Source of the DNA: a virus
Taxonomy: Duplodnaviria; Caudoviricetes
Length of the DNA: 58,084 nt
IMG/VR virus record: IMGVR_UViG_3300032285_005007
Span: 1 to 58,084 of that record
Direction: 5' to 3' (one strand)
Shown: positions 1 to 9,641 of the stretch, in pieces
Layout: the number at the start of each line of letters is the position of its first letter
Position numbering within the stretch: the stretch's first letter is position 1
Translations under genes and position numbers: made by a program
Notes under the pieces: model-generated
What the model saw: only the letters and a program-made list of their open reading frames with translations
The model's database searches: none
Told to the model about the DNA's origin: nothing

Positions 1-9
1 GGTACAGGA

Positions 10-618
10 ATGATGCAAATGATGGATGCATTTGGTTGGGGATCATATTCACCTGCTATTAACTTTATGTTAATGCCTGTTAGTTATGATATACAAAAAA
101 TCCAAGCAATTGAATTTAACGATCAAATTAGAAAGTCACAGTATACATTTGAATTAGTAAACAATCAATTACGATTATTCCCAATTCCAATTTCACATTA
201 CCATACTTTACGTTTTGAATATATTTTAGAATCTGATCGTAATAATCCATACGCGAATAACAACGGACAAGATTTAATTACCAATGCCTCTAATGTGCCA
301 TACGAGAATCCAACTTATAACTCGATTAACTCAATTGGTCGTCAATGGATATTTGAATACGCTTTATCTATTTCTAAAGAAATTTTAGGATATGTTAGAG
401 GAAAATATGCTACTATTCCAATCCCTGGATCAGAAGTAACATTGAATCAAAGTGATTTGATTACGGCCGCAACAAGTGAAAAAACAGCATTGATAGAACG
501 TTTAAGAGCATATTTTGATACAACTTCTCGTAAAACATTACTTGCTAATAAAGCAGAAGAAGCACAAAGTCAAATGAGTATATTAACCGACGTTCCAATG
601 ACAATTTTTATAGGATAA
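10..618 (+). CDS. Neck/head-completion protein (T4 gp13-like), probably 5'-truncated by the window edge
   Basis: C-terminal WIFEYALSISKEILGYVRGKY..IPIPGSEVTLN pattern resembles gp13-like neck proteins; frame open from window start; first gene of the neck/tail module. Confidence 0.65.
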   Translation: MMQMMDAFGWGSYSPAINFMLMPVSYDIQKIQAIEFNDQIRKSQYTFELVNNQLRLFPIPISHYHTLRFEYILESDRNNPYANNNGQDLITNASNVPYENPTYNSINSIGRQWIFEYALSISKEILGYVRGKYATIPIPGSEVTLNQSDLITAATSEKTALIERLRAYFDTTSRKTLLANKAEEAQSQMSILTDVPMTIFIG

Positions 619-619
619 C

Positions 620-1129
620 ATGGCATTATTTGGTACACAACGTGACGTTTCTTTATTAAGACATCTTAATCGTGAGTTGTTATGGGATATTATTTCACAA
701 GAATGCGTGTATTATCAATTTAAAACAGGACCAACTAAAGTAAACATGTATGGTGAAATGGCTGGTGCAAAATATTATGGAGCACCGGTTATTTTAAACA
801 TGCTTGTTGATAGAGGTGATAATACTTCCCCAACTAGTGATATGGGTGTAGATTATGCTCGTCCTATGGTATTTAAATTCTTAGCAGACGATTTAGTTGA
901 TGCAAATCTAGTACCTGATGTAGGTGATATCATTATGTGGTATGAAGGATATTGGGAAGTTGAAAATACAAATGCTAACCAGTTATTTGTAGGTAAAGAC
1001 CCATCTTACCCATATGAACCAAACCCACTAAACCCAGGTTTAGGAAACTATGGCTCCAACATATCTATTATGTGTGTATGTCATTACGTACCTGCAGATA
1101 AAGTACAGATTACAAAAGAAAGGATATAA
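620..1129 (+). CDS. Neck/head-closure protein (gp14-like)
   Basis: NMYGE and PDVGDII..YWEV motifs; lies between gp13-like and gp15-like genes. Confidence 0.55.
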   Translation: MALFGTQRDVSLLRHLNRELLWDIISQECVYYQFKTGPTKVNMYGEMAGAKYYGAPVILNMLVDRGDNTSPTSDMGVDYARPMVFKFLADDLVDANLVPDVGDIIMWYEGYWEVENTNANQLFVGKDPSYPYEPNPLNPGLGNYGSNISIMCVCHYVPADKVQITKERI

Positions 1130-1131
1130 AC

Positions 1132-2037
1132 ATGCCATCAAGAAGAAAACCAACCCCAAAATCTCAATTAGAGATCCAAAATGATCAGATACACCCATAC
1201 GTGTTTCCTGAAAATGGTAAATCTTATGGTAATCCTAACATACCTAATGACTTTAATCAATTTACTCCTACAAACCAAAGCGGAGTAAATTTTAACCGTT
1301 CAGAAAAATTATCTTTTACAGACGATACATCTAAACCATTTACAGTTGGATTACAGGATATAGACGAATCAATAATGTACTATTTTCAAAATGTAATTAA
1401 ACCAACAGTAATCCAAAATGGTGTTCGATTAGCAGTTCCTATTATATATGGTGCTCCTGAACGTTGGAAATCAGTAACCAAAGATGGATATTATAAAGAT
1501 AAAAATGGAGCAATTATGTCTCCTTTGATTATGTTTAAAAGGGATACAATGGATAAAAACCGTTCCCTAACAAACAAATTAGATGCTAATACACCTCATC
1601 TTTATACATCTTGGGTAACTAAATACGATTCTAAAAATGCATATTCGAATTTTAGTGTATTAACAAATCGTATTCCTGTTAAACAATTTGTAGTAAACGT
1701 AGTACCTGATTATGTTAACTTAACCTATACATGTATTGCCCAAACATATTATGTAGAACAACTTAATAAAATAATTGAAGCAGTAAACTATGCTTCTGAT
1801 GCGTATTGGGGTGATCCTGAACGCTTTAAATTTAAAGCATCTATTGATTCATATTCTACAGTAGTAGAAATTGGAGATAGTACCGCTCGTATTGTAAAAG
1901 GAACTTTTACCATTAAACTATTTGGTTATATTGTACCAGATACCATTCAAAAAGAGGTAACAGCTATTAAAAAATATAATAGTAAAGCCCAAGTTATTAT
2001 CGGAGCAGAAACAGTTAATAATTTAAATAATCTATAA
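1132..2037 (+). CDS. Tail terminator/sheath stabilizer (gp15-like)
   Basis: VPIIYGAPERW and VPDYVNLTY...EQLNKIIE motifs; position upstream of the sheath genes. Confidence 0.55.
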   Translation: MPSRRKPTPKSQLEIQNDQIHPYVFPENGKSYGNPNIPNDFNQFTPTNQSGVNFNRSEKLSFTDDTSKPFTVGLQDIDESIMYYFQNVIKPTVIQNGVRLAVPIIYGAPERWKSVTKDGYYKDKNGAIMSPLIMFKRDTMDKNRSLTNKLDANTPHLYTSWVTKYDSKNAYSNFSVLTNRIPVKQFVVNVVPDYVNLTYTCIAQTYYVEQLNKIIEAVNYASDAYWGDPERFKFKASIDSYSTVVEIGDSTARIVKGTFTIKLFGYIVPDTIQKEVTAIKKYNSKAQVIIGAETVNNLNNL

Positions 2038-2040
2038 CAA

Positions 2041-2187
2041 ATGGCAGCAAAAACAAAAGGACAAGCAACAGTTTCATTCGTAAGCAAACCTAAAAAGAAA
2101 AACCCGGGCGTTCACGCAAAATCAAAATCAAGTAAAAACAAGAACAGCAAAAATTATGTTAAGTCATATGTTTCCCAAGGAAAATAA
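2041..2187 (+). CDS. Small, very basic protein (48 aa), absent from the ORF track
   Basis: Hand translation MAAKTKGQATVSFVSKPKKKNPGVHAKSKSSKNKNSKNYVKSYVSQGK; ATG 3 nt after the previous stop; fills the gap exactly. Confidence 0.75.
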   Translation: MAAKTKGQATVSFVSKPKKKNPGVHAKSKSSKNKNSKNYVKSYVSQGK

Positions 2188-2198
2188 TATATAGATTT

Positions 2199-2525
2199 AT
2201 GGCCATCCAATCTACTTCAACATTCGAGTACAATTCAGGAACATATACAAATCCATATTTCCGTTTAGTACTTCATTTACCACTAAGTGGTGATCAAACA
2301 CCAATTGATTGTTTTATGTACCCATCAAAAGATGCTTACGTAAGTGGAAGCAGTTATATTGCATGTTTACCATTTTATGTTTCAAATGCATCTGCATCTA
2401 TAGATAACGATGCAAGCAATGTAGTAAATAAATTCTTATTATATGCTACAAATGAAATTACCGGATCCTTGGAGATTATGAGTCCTGGTTCTACATTTGA
2501 TGTAGTTGAAATACCAACTATTTAA
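2199..2525 (+). CDS. Hypothetical protein, possibly virion-associated
   Basis: 108 aa ORF tightly packed in the structural module. Confidence 0.7.
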   Translation: MAIQSTSTFEYNSGTYTNPYFRLVLHLPLSGDQTPIDCFMYPSKDAYVSGSSYIACLPFYVSNASASIDNDASNVVNKFLLYATNEITGSLEIMSPGSTFDVVEIPTI

Positions 2526-2573
2526 TTTTGAATAGATCCATATATTTATAAACACAAATTAATAAATTAAATT

Positions 2574-2837
2574 ATGTCAATAGTTACAGAACAAAAGTTT
2601 TTATCAGAAGAAGAATTAACTTCTTTAAAAAAAATCCAAACAAATACACAAGCGTTAATTGCTGAATTAGGTGAAATTGAATTAGTTAAATTGCAGTTAG
2701 AAAATCGCCACGATGCTGCTAAAACATTCTTAAGTGAATTAAGAACTAATGAACAAGAATTTACCAAAAATGTATTTGATAAATATGGTAAAGTCAATGT
2801 TAATCCTGAAACCGGTGAAATTACAGTGATAGGTTAA
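2574..2837 (+). CDS. Hypothetical coiled-coil protein
   Basis: 87 aa helical ORF ending NPETGEI; preceded by ATATTTATA at 2542-2550. Confidence 0.75.
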   Translation: MSIVTEQKFLSEEELTSLKKIQTNTQALIAELGEIELVKLQLENRHDAAKTFLSELRTNEQEFTKNVFDKYGKVNVNPETGEITVIG

Positions 2838-2855
2838 TCTGGATTTAAATACACC

Positions 2856-2864
2856 ATATTTATA
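2856..2864 (+). promoter_or_regulatory. Putative phage late promoter motif ATATTTATA
   Basis: One of about 16 intergenic copies; directly upstream of sheath gene 1. Confidence 0.6.
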
Positions 2865-2882
2865 ATAAAATAAATTATTACA

Positions 2883-4652
2883 ATGGCAGAAACAATTGTA
2901 TCACCTGGTGTATTAGCGATAGAGAACGATCAATCATTCACAACTCAACAACCTGTTCAAGCAGGTGCTGCTATCGTAGGCCCAACAGTAAAAGGTAAAG
3001 TAGGTATTCCTACATTGGTAACAACATATAGTGATTACGTTAATAAATTTGGTACATCTTTTTTAAGTGGAAGCCAATATTACACTTATTTTACTTCAAT
3101 TGCAGCATATAACTATTTTGCAGGTGGTGGGAATACTCTATTAGTTACTCGTGTAGTAAGTGGAAGTACTACTACAGCTTGGACCCCAGCATCATCATCA
3201 TTCATTTCATCATCAGCATTTAATGCCGGAGCACCATATAATACTTCTCCATTTGTATTAGAAACAATATCTGAAGGAGTTCTTATGAATAGTGTTGGCC
3301 CTACAGGGTCAAATGGTACTTTATTAAGTGGTTCAAATGAAAACTATAGATGGCAAATTACATCACCAAATACAAGTAGTGGAACTTTTTATTTAGTTAT
3401 CCGTCAAGGAAATGATTCAAACGTTCAACAATCCGTTTTAGAAACTTGGGGTCCACTTTCATTAGATCCATTTGCTTCAAATTATATTGAAAAAGTAATT
3501 GGTAACCAAGTTGAAAATATAGCAAGCGATAATGGTGAATTTTATATCCAACTTTCAGGTAGCTATATTAACAAATCTGCATATGTACGTGTTAGTAGAG
3601 TCAACCAGACAACCCCAGGATATTTAGATAATGTAGGTAATCCAAAACCACAATATACAGGATCTATTCCAATAGCTCAAACAGGTGTATTTGGAGATGG
3701 TAAAGGAAAAAACATCCCAACAGGTGTTGCGGGTGCATATTATAATAATATTACAGATACAAATGTTCAAGGTTTAAGTCCTTATGAATATACTTCATCT
3801 ATTTCGTTATTAGCTAATAAAGATGCATTTAAATATAATTTATTAGTTGCACCCGGACTAATTGCTGACCCAACATATTATCCTTCACATTATACTGTAG
3901 TAAATCAAATTATTAATACTGTACAATCAAGAGGTGATGCAATGACCTTAATTGATTTAGTAGGATATAATTCCAATCTACTCCCAGTAGTAGCAAATGC
4001 TCAATCTTTTGATACTTCATATGCTGCGGCTTATTGGCCTTGGGTTTATACTGTAGATCCTAGTACTGCAAATCAAGTTTGGATTCCTGCAACAACTATG
4101 ATCCCAAGAGTATATGCTCAAAATGATGCTATTGCTTATCCTTGGTATGCACCAGCAGGTATTAATCGAGGAATAATGACAAACGTTATTAAAACCGAGC
4201 GTGTATTAACTCAAGGAAACAGAGATACATTATACCAAGCAAATATTAATCCAATTGCAACCCTACAAACTCAAACTGGAGCTTCAGTAACAGTATTTGG
4301 ACAAAAAACATTGCAGAAAAAAGCAAGTGCCTTAGATCGTGTAAATGTACGTCGTTTATTAATTGAATTAAAAAGTTATATTTCTCAAATTGCTGATACA
4401 TTTGTATTTGAACAAAATACCGAAGCAACAAGAAATAGTTTCTTATCTTTAATTAATCCTTATTTATCATTAGTTCAACAACAACAAGGTTTAACAGCAT
4501 TCCAAGTTATTATCAATGAAACTAATAATCCACCATCAGTAGTAGATCAAAACCAATTAGTAGGTCAAATCTATTTACAACCTACTAGAACAATTGAATT
4601 CATTGTACTAGACTTTAATATATTACCTACAGGTGCAACGTTTCCTGCTTAA
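2883..4652 (+). CDS. Tail sheath protein 1
   Basis: N-terminal SPGV, YAAAYWPW, PWYAPAGINRG, FGQKTLQ..SALDRVNVRRL, FVFEQN motifs of contractile sheath proteins. Confidence 0.95.
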   Translation: MAETIVSPGVLAIENDQSFTTQQPVQAGAAIVGPTVKGKVGIPTLVTTYSDYVNKFGTSFLSGSQYYTYFTSIAAYNYFAGGGNTLLVTRVVSGSTTTAWTPASSSFISSSAFNAGAPYNTSPFVLETISEGVLMNSVGPTGSNGTLLSGSNENYRWQITSPNTSSGTFYLVIRQGNDSNVQQSVLETWGPLSLDPFASNYIEKVIGNQVENIASDNGEFYIQLSGSYINKSAYVRVSRVNQTTPGYLDNVGNPKPQYTGSIPIAQTGVFGDGKGKNIPTGVAGAYYNNITDTNVQGLSPYEYTSSISLLANKDAFKYNLLVAPGLIADPTYYPSHYTVVNQIINTVQSRGDAMTLIDLVGYNSNLLPVVANAQSFDTSYAAAYWPWVYTVDPSTANQVWIPATTMIPRVYAQNDAIAYPWYAPAGINRGIMTNVIKTERVLTQGNRDTLYQANINPIATLQTQTGASVTVFGQKTLQKKASALDRVNVRRLLIELKSYISQIADTFVFEQNTEATRNSFLSLINPYLSLVQQQQGLTAFQVIINETNNPPSVVDQNQLVGQIYLQPTRTIEFIVLDFNILPTGATFPA

Positions 4653-4676
4653 CAATATATTTTAAAGAGAATATTC

Positions 4677-4685
4677 ATATTTATA
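4677..4685 (+). promoter_or_regulatory. Putative phage late promoter motif ATATTTATA
   Basis: Intergenic, ATATTTATAATAAAA context identical to 2856, 6422 and 10666. Confidence 0.6.
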
Positions 4686-4698
4686 ATAAAAAGATAAA

Positions 4699-6405
4699 AT
4701 GGCAAATTTTACAGTATCCCCTGGGGTAGCAATTAGTGAGATAGACAACACGTATTTAACAGGAAATCCTGTTCAAGCTGGTGCTGCTATTATAGGCCCA
4801 ACAGTTAAAGGACCTGTTGAGGTACCAACATTGGTAACTTCTTACTCTGATTTCGTAACATTATTTGGAGATAATTTTGTTAGTGGTGGTAACGCTTATT
4901 CATACCTTACTTCAATTGCAGCTTACAACTATTTCAATTACGGTGGAACTTCATTATTAGTAGCACGTGTAGTAACTGGATCATATACTTCAGCAACTAG
5001 TACTTTAGTTACAAACTATTTAAATGCAGCTTCATCTTCATTTACTTTAGAAACCATTTCTAAAGGTATTATAATGAACAGTTCAAGTTCATTGAATGTT
5101 TCTGGAGCATTAGAATCAGGATCAGCAGATAATATTAGATGGGAAATTACCAATTCTAATACTGGATCAGGTACATTTAATGTAGTAATTAGAAGAGGAA
5201 ATGATACTACAAACAATAAAGTTGTTTTAGAGGCATTTAACAATGTTAATCTAGATCCAAACTCTTCAAGATACATTTCTCAAGTAATTGGTGATCAAAC
5301 TTTGAATTATAACTCCACCACTAATCAAATGGAATTAAGTGGAAGTTATGCTAATTTATCTAAATACGTACGAGTTAAATCGGTTAATGCCCCTACACCA
5401 AATTATTTTGATGCTAGTGGTCAACCTGTATCAGCATATACTGCTTCTATCCCACTTAACGGAAGTGGATCATTTTATAATGCAACTGGAGACATTTCAG
5501 GATCCACAGGAGCTACAATGTATGATAACATTGGTACTAATACACAAGGTTTAATAGGTTCATGCTACAACAACATGATCTCATTACTTGGAAATTCAGA
5601 AGCATACCAATTTAATGTATTATTTACTCCTGGATTAACTAACGATAATCACGCAGCACAAATTACAAACATTATTACAAACACTCAACAACGTGGAGAT
5701 AATTTGTATGTAACAGATTTAACAGCTTTCAACGGAACAGTTGCTAGCGCAGTAGCTCAAGCCCAAACAAGAGATACTTCATATGCTGCCACCTACTGGC
5801 CTTGGGTTCGTATTGTAGACCCAGCAACAGGAAAACAAGTATGGGTACCAGCTTCAACTGTAATACCAGGTGTATATGCTTTCAACGATAAAGTAGCTGC
5901 TCCATGGTTTGCACCAGCAGGTATTAATAGAGGTGGATTGTCTACAGTATTACAAGCTCAATACAAATTATCTCAAGGAAATAAAGATACTTTATATTCA
6001 AGCAATATTAACCCAATTGCAACATTACCTAAACAAGGTGTTGTAGTATACGGACAAAAAACATTACAAAAAGCTCAATCGGCTCTTGATCGTGTAAATG
6101 TACGTCGTTTGATGATTGAATTAAAAAATTACATCCGTCAAATTTCCAATACATTAGTATTTGAACAAAATACAAATGCTACAAGAACAGTATTTGTTAC
6201 AAGAGTTACTCCATATTTGGAAGGAATTCAACAAAAACAAGGATTATACGCGTTTAAAGTAGTAATGGATGCTTCAAATAACGGACCAGCAGTAATTGAC
6301 CAAAACCAATTAATCGGTCAAATTTACGTACAACCAACACGCACAGCCGAATTTATATCTCTAGATTTCATCATTACACCAACAGGAACTGAATTCCCAG
6401 GATAA
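4699..6405 (+). CDS. Tail sheath protein 2 (paralog)
   Basis: Same sheath motifs (SPGV, YWPW, WFAPAGINRG, SALDRVNVRRL). Confidence 0.95.
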   Translation: MANFTVSPGVAISEIDNTYLTGNPVQAGAAIIGPTVKGPVEVPTLVTSYSDFVTLFGDNFVSGGNAYSYLTSIAAYNYFNYGGTSLLVARVVTGSYTSATSTLVTNYLNAASSSFTLETISKGIIMNSSSSLNVSGALESGSADNIRWEITNSNTGSGTFNVVIRRGNDTTNNKVVLEAFNNVNLDPNSSRYISQVIGDQTLNYNSTTNQMELSGSYANLSKYVRVKSVNAPTPNYFDASGQPVSAYTASIPLNGSGSFYNATGDISGSTGATMYDNIGTNTQGLIGSCYNNMISLLGNSEAYQFNVLFTPGLTNDNHAAQITNIITNTQQRGDNLYVTDLTAFNGTVASAVAQAQTRDTSYAATYWPWVRIVDPATGKQVWVPASTVIPGVYAFNDKVAAPWFAPAGINRGGLSTVLQAQYKLSQGNKDTLYSSNINPIATLPKQGVVVYGQKTLQKAQSALDRVNVRRLMIELKNYIRQISNTLVFEQNTNATRTVFVTRVTPYLEGIQQKQGLYAFKVVMDASNNGPAVIDQNQLIGQIYVQPTRTAEFISLDFIITPTGTEFPG

Positions 6406-6421
6406 AAAATAAAAATATTTA

Positions 6422-6430
6422 ATATTTATA
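6422..6430 (+). promoter_or_regulatory. Putative phage late promoter motif ATATTTATA
   Basis: Intergenic, upstream of the tail tube gene. Confidence 0.6.
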
Positions 6431-6446
6431 ATAAAAAGAAAACAAA

Positions 6447-6935
6447 ATGGCAATTTTAGATCAAAATCAAATATTTTTTACCCCATTTGAACCAAAACAA
6501 AGCAACCGCTTTATTGTTTCAATTGACGGTGTTCCTGGATATTTAGTTAAAGGAGTTAGTGCGATCTCTATGACACAAACAGCAGTTGCCCTTAACCATA
6601 TCAACATCCAACGATATGTAAAAGGAAAAACTGTTTGGGGACCTATCACATTTACAATGTATGAATCAATCACTCCATCAGGTGCACAAGCAGTAATGGA
6701 ATGGGTACGTTTAGGTCACGAATCAGTAACAGGTAGAGATGGATATTCTGATTTTTATAAAAAAGATATTACCTTTAATTCTGTAGGACCTGTAGGTGAT
6801 TACGTATCTGAATGGGTAATCAAAGGAGCTGTAATTACAAGTGTTAACTTTGGTGATTATAACTGGGATGATGATGGAACTGTAGTAAACATTACAGTTG
6901 AAGTTCAACCAGATTACTGTGTATTGAATTACTAA
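6447..6935 (+). CDS. Tail tube protein (gp19-like)
   Basis: 162 aa, follows the sheaths; FEPKQSNRF, W..ITFT, YKKDI, W.IKGA pattern. Confidence 0.9.
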   Translation: MAILDQNQIFFTPFEPKQSNRFIVSIDGVPGYLVKGVSAISMTQTAVALNHINIQRYVKGKTVWGPITFTMYESITPSGAQAVMEWVRLGHESVTGRDGYSDFYKKDITFNSVGPVGDYVSEWVIKGAVITSVNFGDYNWDDDGTVVNITVEVQPDYCVLNY

Positions 6936-6957
6936 GAACAAACCAACAAATTATACG

Positions 6958-6990
6958 AAAGCTCCAAAGAAATTTGGGGCTTTTACTTTC
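6958..6990 (+). terminator. Intrinsic terminator after the tail tube gene
   Basis: AAAGCTCCAAA-GAAA-TTTGGGGCTTT hairpin followed by a T-rich tail. Confidence 0.8.
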
Positions 6991-7002
6991 TTTCAATATA
7001 TT
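6973..7002 (+). promoter_or_regulatory. Bacteroidota-type -33/-7 promoter
   Basis: TTTGG(6973-6977)-N19-TATATT(6997-7002), 6 nt before the ATG at 7009. Confidence 0.65.
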
Positions 7003-7008
7003 GGGCTT

Positions 7009-9210
7009 ATGAAAAACTTATTAATATTCCTTTTATTGACTAGTATAGGATACGGTCAATATTGTCCTGCACTAGGACCCGATCAACTGTTACCTTGTGG
7101 TGTAGGATCAACTACTTTAACCGCAAATTTAAGTCAATGTGGAGCGGGTAATAACCCCAATCAAACAACAAATTATACCGTTGCTTCCATACCATATGTA
7201 GCTCAAACCAATACAGGAACATCTGTTTTTATGACGGATGATTCCCAACAAGGGCCATTTGTTATTGGATTTAACTTTTGTTTTTACGGACAAACATATA
7301 GTCAATTCTATATTGGTTCAAATGGATGGATTTCATTTAGTGGAGGACAACCTACTACATTTACTTCATCCCCATTACCAACTGTAGGTGCTTTAACACC
7401 TAAAAATTGTATTATGGGTCCTTGGCAGGATTGGCATCCTGGAATTGGAGGTCAAATCAAATACCAAACAAGTGGTGTTGCACCATGTAGAAAACTAACA
7501 GTAAGTTGGATAAATATGCCTATGTTTTCTTGCACTGGAAACCAAGGTACATTCCATATTGTAATTGAAGAATCAACCAACTATATCAGCAACTATATCC
7601 AATCAAAACCTGCTTGTTTACAATGGCAAGGTGGAACTGCTACTGAAGGAATCCATAATGCCGCGGGAACGGCAGCAGTAACTGTACCTGGAAGAAATTC
7701 TACAGCTTGGACAGCAAATAACGATGCTTGGAAATGGACTCCAAGTGGACCAGTAGTTACTCCAACATTAACTTGGTATCAAGTAGGAAATCCTGTAGCT
7801 ATTGGAACGGGACCCACACTTACCGTTACACCAACAGGACCAACATTGTATACTTGCCATTTAGAATATCCATCATGTAATGCAGGATGGTCTTCATGTA
7901 ATGCCGGAACAAGTTTAGGACCTGATACAGTACTAGTTGTACCTGGTCCTCCAAATTTACCTCCACCCGTAGTAATTCCATTTAATCCAAATTGTATTGG
8001 AAGTTGTGATGGAGCTATTAGTGTAATTTCAAGTGGTGGAACAGGCGTTCAAACGATTTCATGGAATGGACCTGCTAATGGTTTTAATCCAATTGGGTTA
8101 TGTGCTGGCGTATATAATTTTACAATTGTTGATGCTGCTGGATGTACGGTTTCTGGAACTGCTACGCTAACAAACCCTGCTCCTATTGTAGTAGGTCCTA
8201 TAGTAGCGTCGGATACTGTTTGTTTTAATACAACCAATGAAGTGTATAATGTACCCGATTTGGGAGCAGGATTCACATATCAATGGAGCAGTATCGGTAA
8301 TATTGTTTCGGGTCAAGGTACAACTTCTATAATAGTAGACTATACCTCTATACCAGCAGGATTTATTCCTGGAGTGGTAGATGTTATAGCTACTAGTCCA
8401 AATGGATGTACAAGCCTTCCTATTTCATTCGATGTTACTGTATTTAATATTTTATCTGTAATTGATCCTGCAGGTCCGTTTTGTTCAAATGATGAGTTTT
8501 CAACATTAAATGCTACTCCAATTGGAGGTGTCTTTAGTGGAACAGGAATGATGGGTGCTGATTTTTATCCTGCATTTGCTGATACTTTAGATAATTTTAT
8601 AACTTATACCTATTTGCAAAGTGGATGCTCATTCGATACTACAATTAATATTACTGTTTACGAACAGCCAACTATTACCCCAATTACCCCGTATAATGAA
8701 TTTTTTGAATTATGTGATGGTGATTCTATACCGAGCATATATTCGGTAGTTGCTTCTTTACCCGGTTATAATGAATGGACTGTATTGAATAATACGACCC
8801 AAACAGATAACTTAAGTATCGCTTGGAATGCGCCTGGGATGTTTGATATTTCGGTAGTACATTATTCAAATGGATGTCCTTCATCCCCACAATTTAATCT
8901 AGTTACTATAGTTCAATGTCCTGAATTGTTATTTTATGTGCCAAATTCATTTACACCGGATGGAGATGAACATAATAATACCTTTAAATGGACTTTTACA
9001 AGTGGATTTGATCCATTTGACTTCCATGTAGAAATTTACAATAGATGGGGAGAATTGATATATGAAAGCTATGACCATAACGATTATTGGGACGGAACAT
9101 ACTCTAACTTCCCAGTAACCCCAGGTCTATATAACTATAAAATCCATTTTGGTAGCCAAAAAAATGATGGTGCCTATGAATTTGCAGGAAGTGTTAATCT
9201 TATTAGATAG
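7009..9210 (+). CDS. Secreted T9SS type-B cargo protein (gliding motility-associated CTD, SprB-like repeat)
   Basis: Signal peptide ending GYG-Q; C..SCDG.I.V..SGG...GLCAG.Y..TIVDAAGC repeat; C-terminal YVPNSFTPDGDEHN...IYNRWGELIY...WDG...G.V.LIR. Confidence 0.9.
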   Translation: MKNLLIFLLLTSIGYGQYCPALGPDQLLPCGVGSTTLTANLSQCGAGNNPNQTTNYTVASIPYVAQTNTGTSVFMTDDSQQGPFVIGFNFCFYGQTYSQFYIGSNGWISFSGGQPTTFTSSPLPTVGALTPKNCIMGPWQDWHPGIGGQIKYQTSGVAPCRKLTVSWINMPMFSCTGNQGTFHIVIEESTNYISNYIQSKPACLQWQGGTATEGIHNAAGTAAVTVPGRNSTAWTANNDAWKWTPSGPVVTPTLTWYQVGNPVAIGTGPTLTVTPTGPTLYTCHLEYPSCNAGWSSCNAGTSLGPDTVLVVPGPPNLPPPVVIPFNPNCIGSCDGAISVISSGGTGVQTISWNGPANGFNPIGLCAGVYNFTIVDAAGCTVSGTATLTNPAPIVVGPIVASDTVCFNTTNEVYNVPDLGAGFTYQWSSIGNIVSGQGTTSIIVDYTSIPAGFIPGVVDVIATSPNGCTSLPISFDVTVFNILSVIDPAGPFCSNDEFSTLNATPIGGVFSGTGMMGADFYPAFADTLDNFITYTYLQSGCSFDTTINITVYEQPTITPITPYNEFFELCDGDSIPSIYSVVASLPGYNEWTVLNNTTQTDNLSIAWNAPGMFDISVVHYSNGCPSSPQFNLVTIVQCPELLFYVPNSFTPDGDEHNNTFKWTFTSGFDPFDFHVEIYNRWGELIYESYDHNDYWDGTYSNFPVTPGLYNYKIHFGSQKNDGAYEFAGSVNLIR

Positions 9211-9228
9211 TGCAATATTTATAACAGT

Positions 9229-9600
9229 ATGAAATTAGAAAATCTACGTGAGTTAGTAAAAGAAGAGTTAAGCAGAAAGCTTAATGAAGAATACCAAGAC
9301 AAATTCAAAATGGTTGGTATGATCATCACTAACATTAAAAAACGACCACAAAAAGAAATATTTTCAGATATTCGTTCACTACCTGGCATTACAGTAGCAT
9401 CAGCTAAAGAACCTATGGACTACAGTGAACAAAATACTGAAAAATTTCAAACCGTTTTAACTATCAAAGTTGATGGTCACCCTTGGATTGTAAAAGGTGG
9501 TTTTGATAGATCAAAAATGGAAGAAATACGCAAAGAAATATTAAAGATAGATGGAGTATTGTCATTTAATGTAAACCCTGACAATATTACTACTCTTTAA
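9229..9600 (+). CDS. Hypothetical protein, possibly virion-internal
   Basis: 123 aa; preceded by ATATTTATA (9215-9223); N-terminus MKLENLRELVKEEL. Confidence 0.7.
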   Translation: MKLENLRELVKEELSRKLNEEYQDKFKMVGMIITNIKKRPQKEIFSDIRSLPGITVASAKEPMDYSEQNTEKFQTVLTIKVDGHPWIVKGGFDRSKMEEIRKEILKIDGVLSFNVNPDNITTL

Positions 9601-9641
9601 TATATGTATATAAAACAATTAAGTTATAATAAATAAAAATT

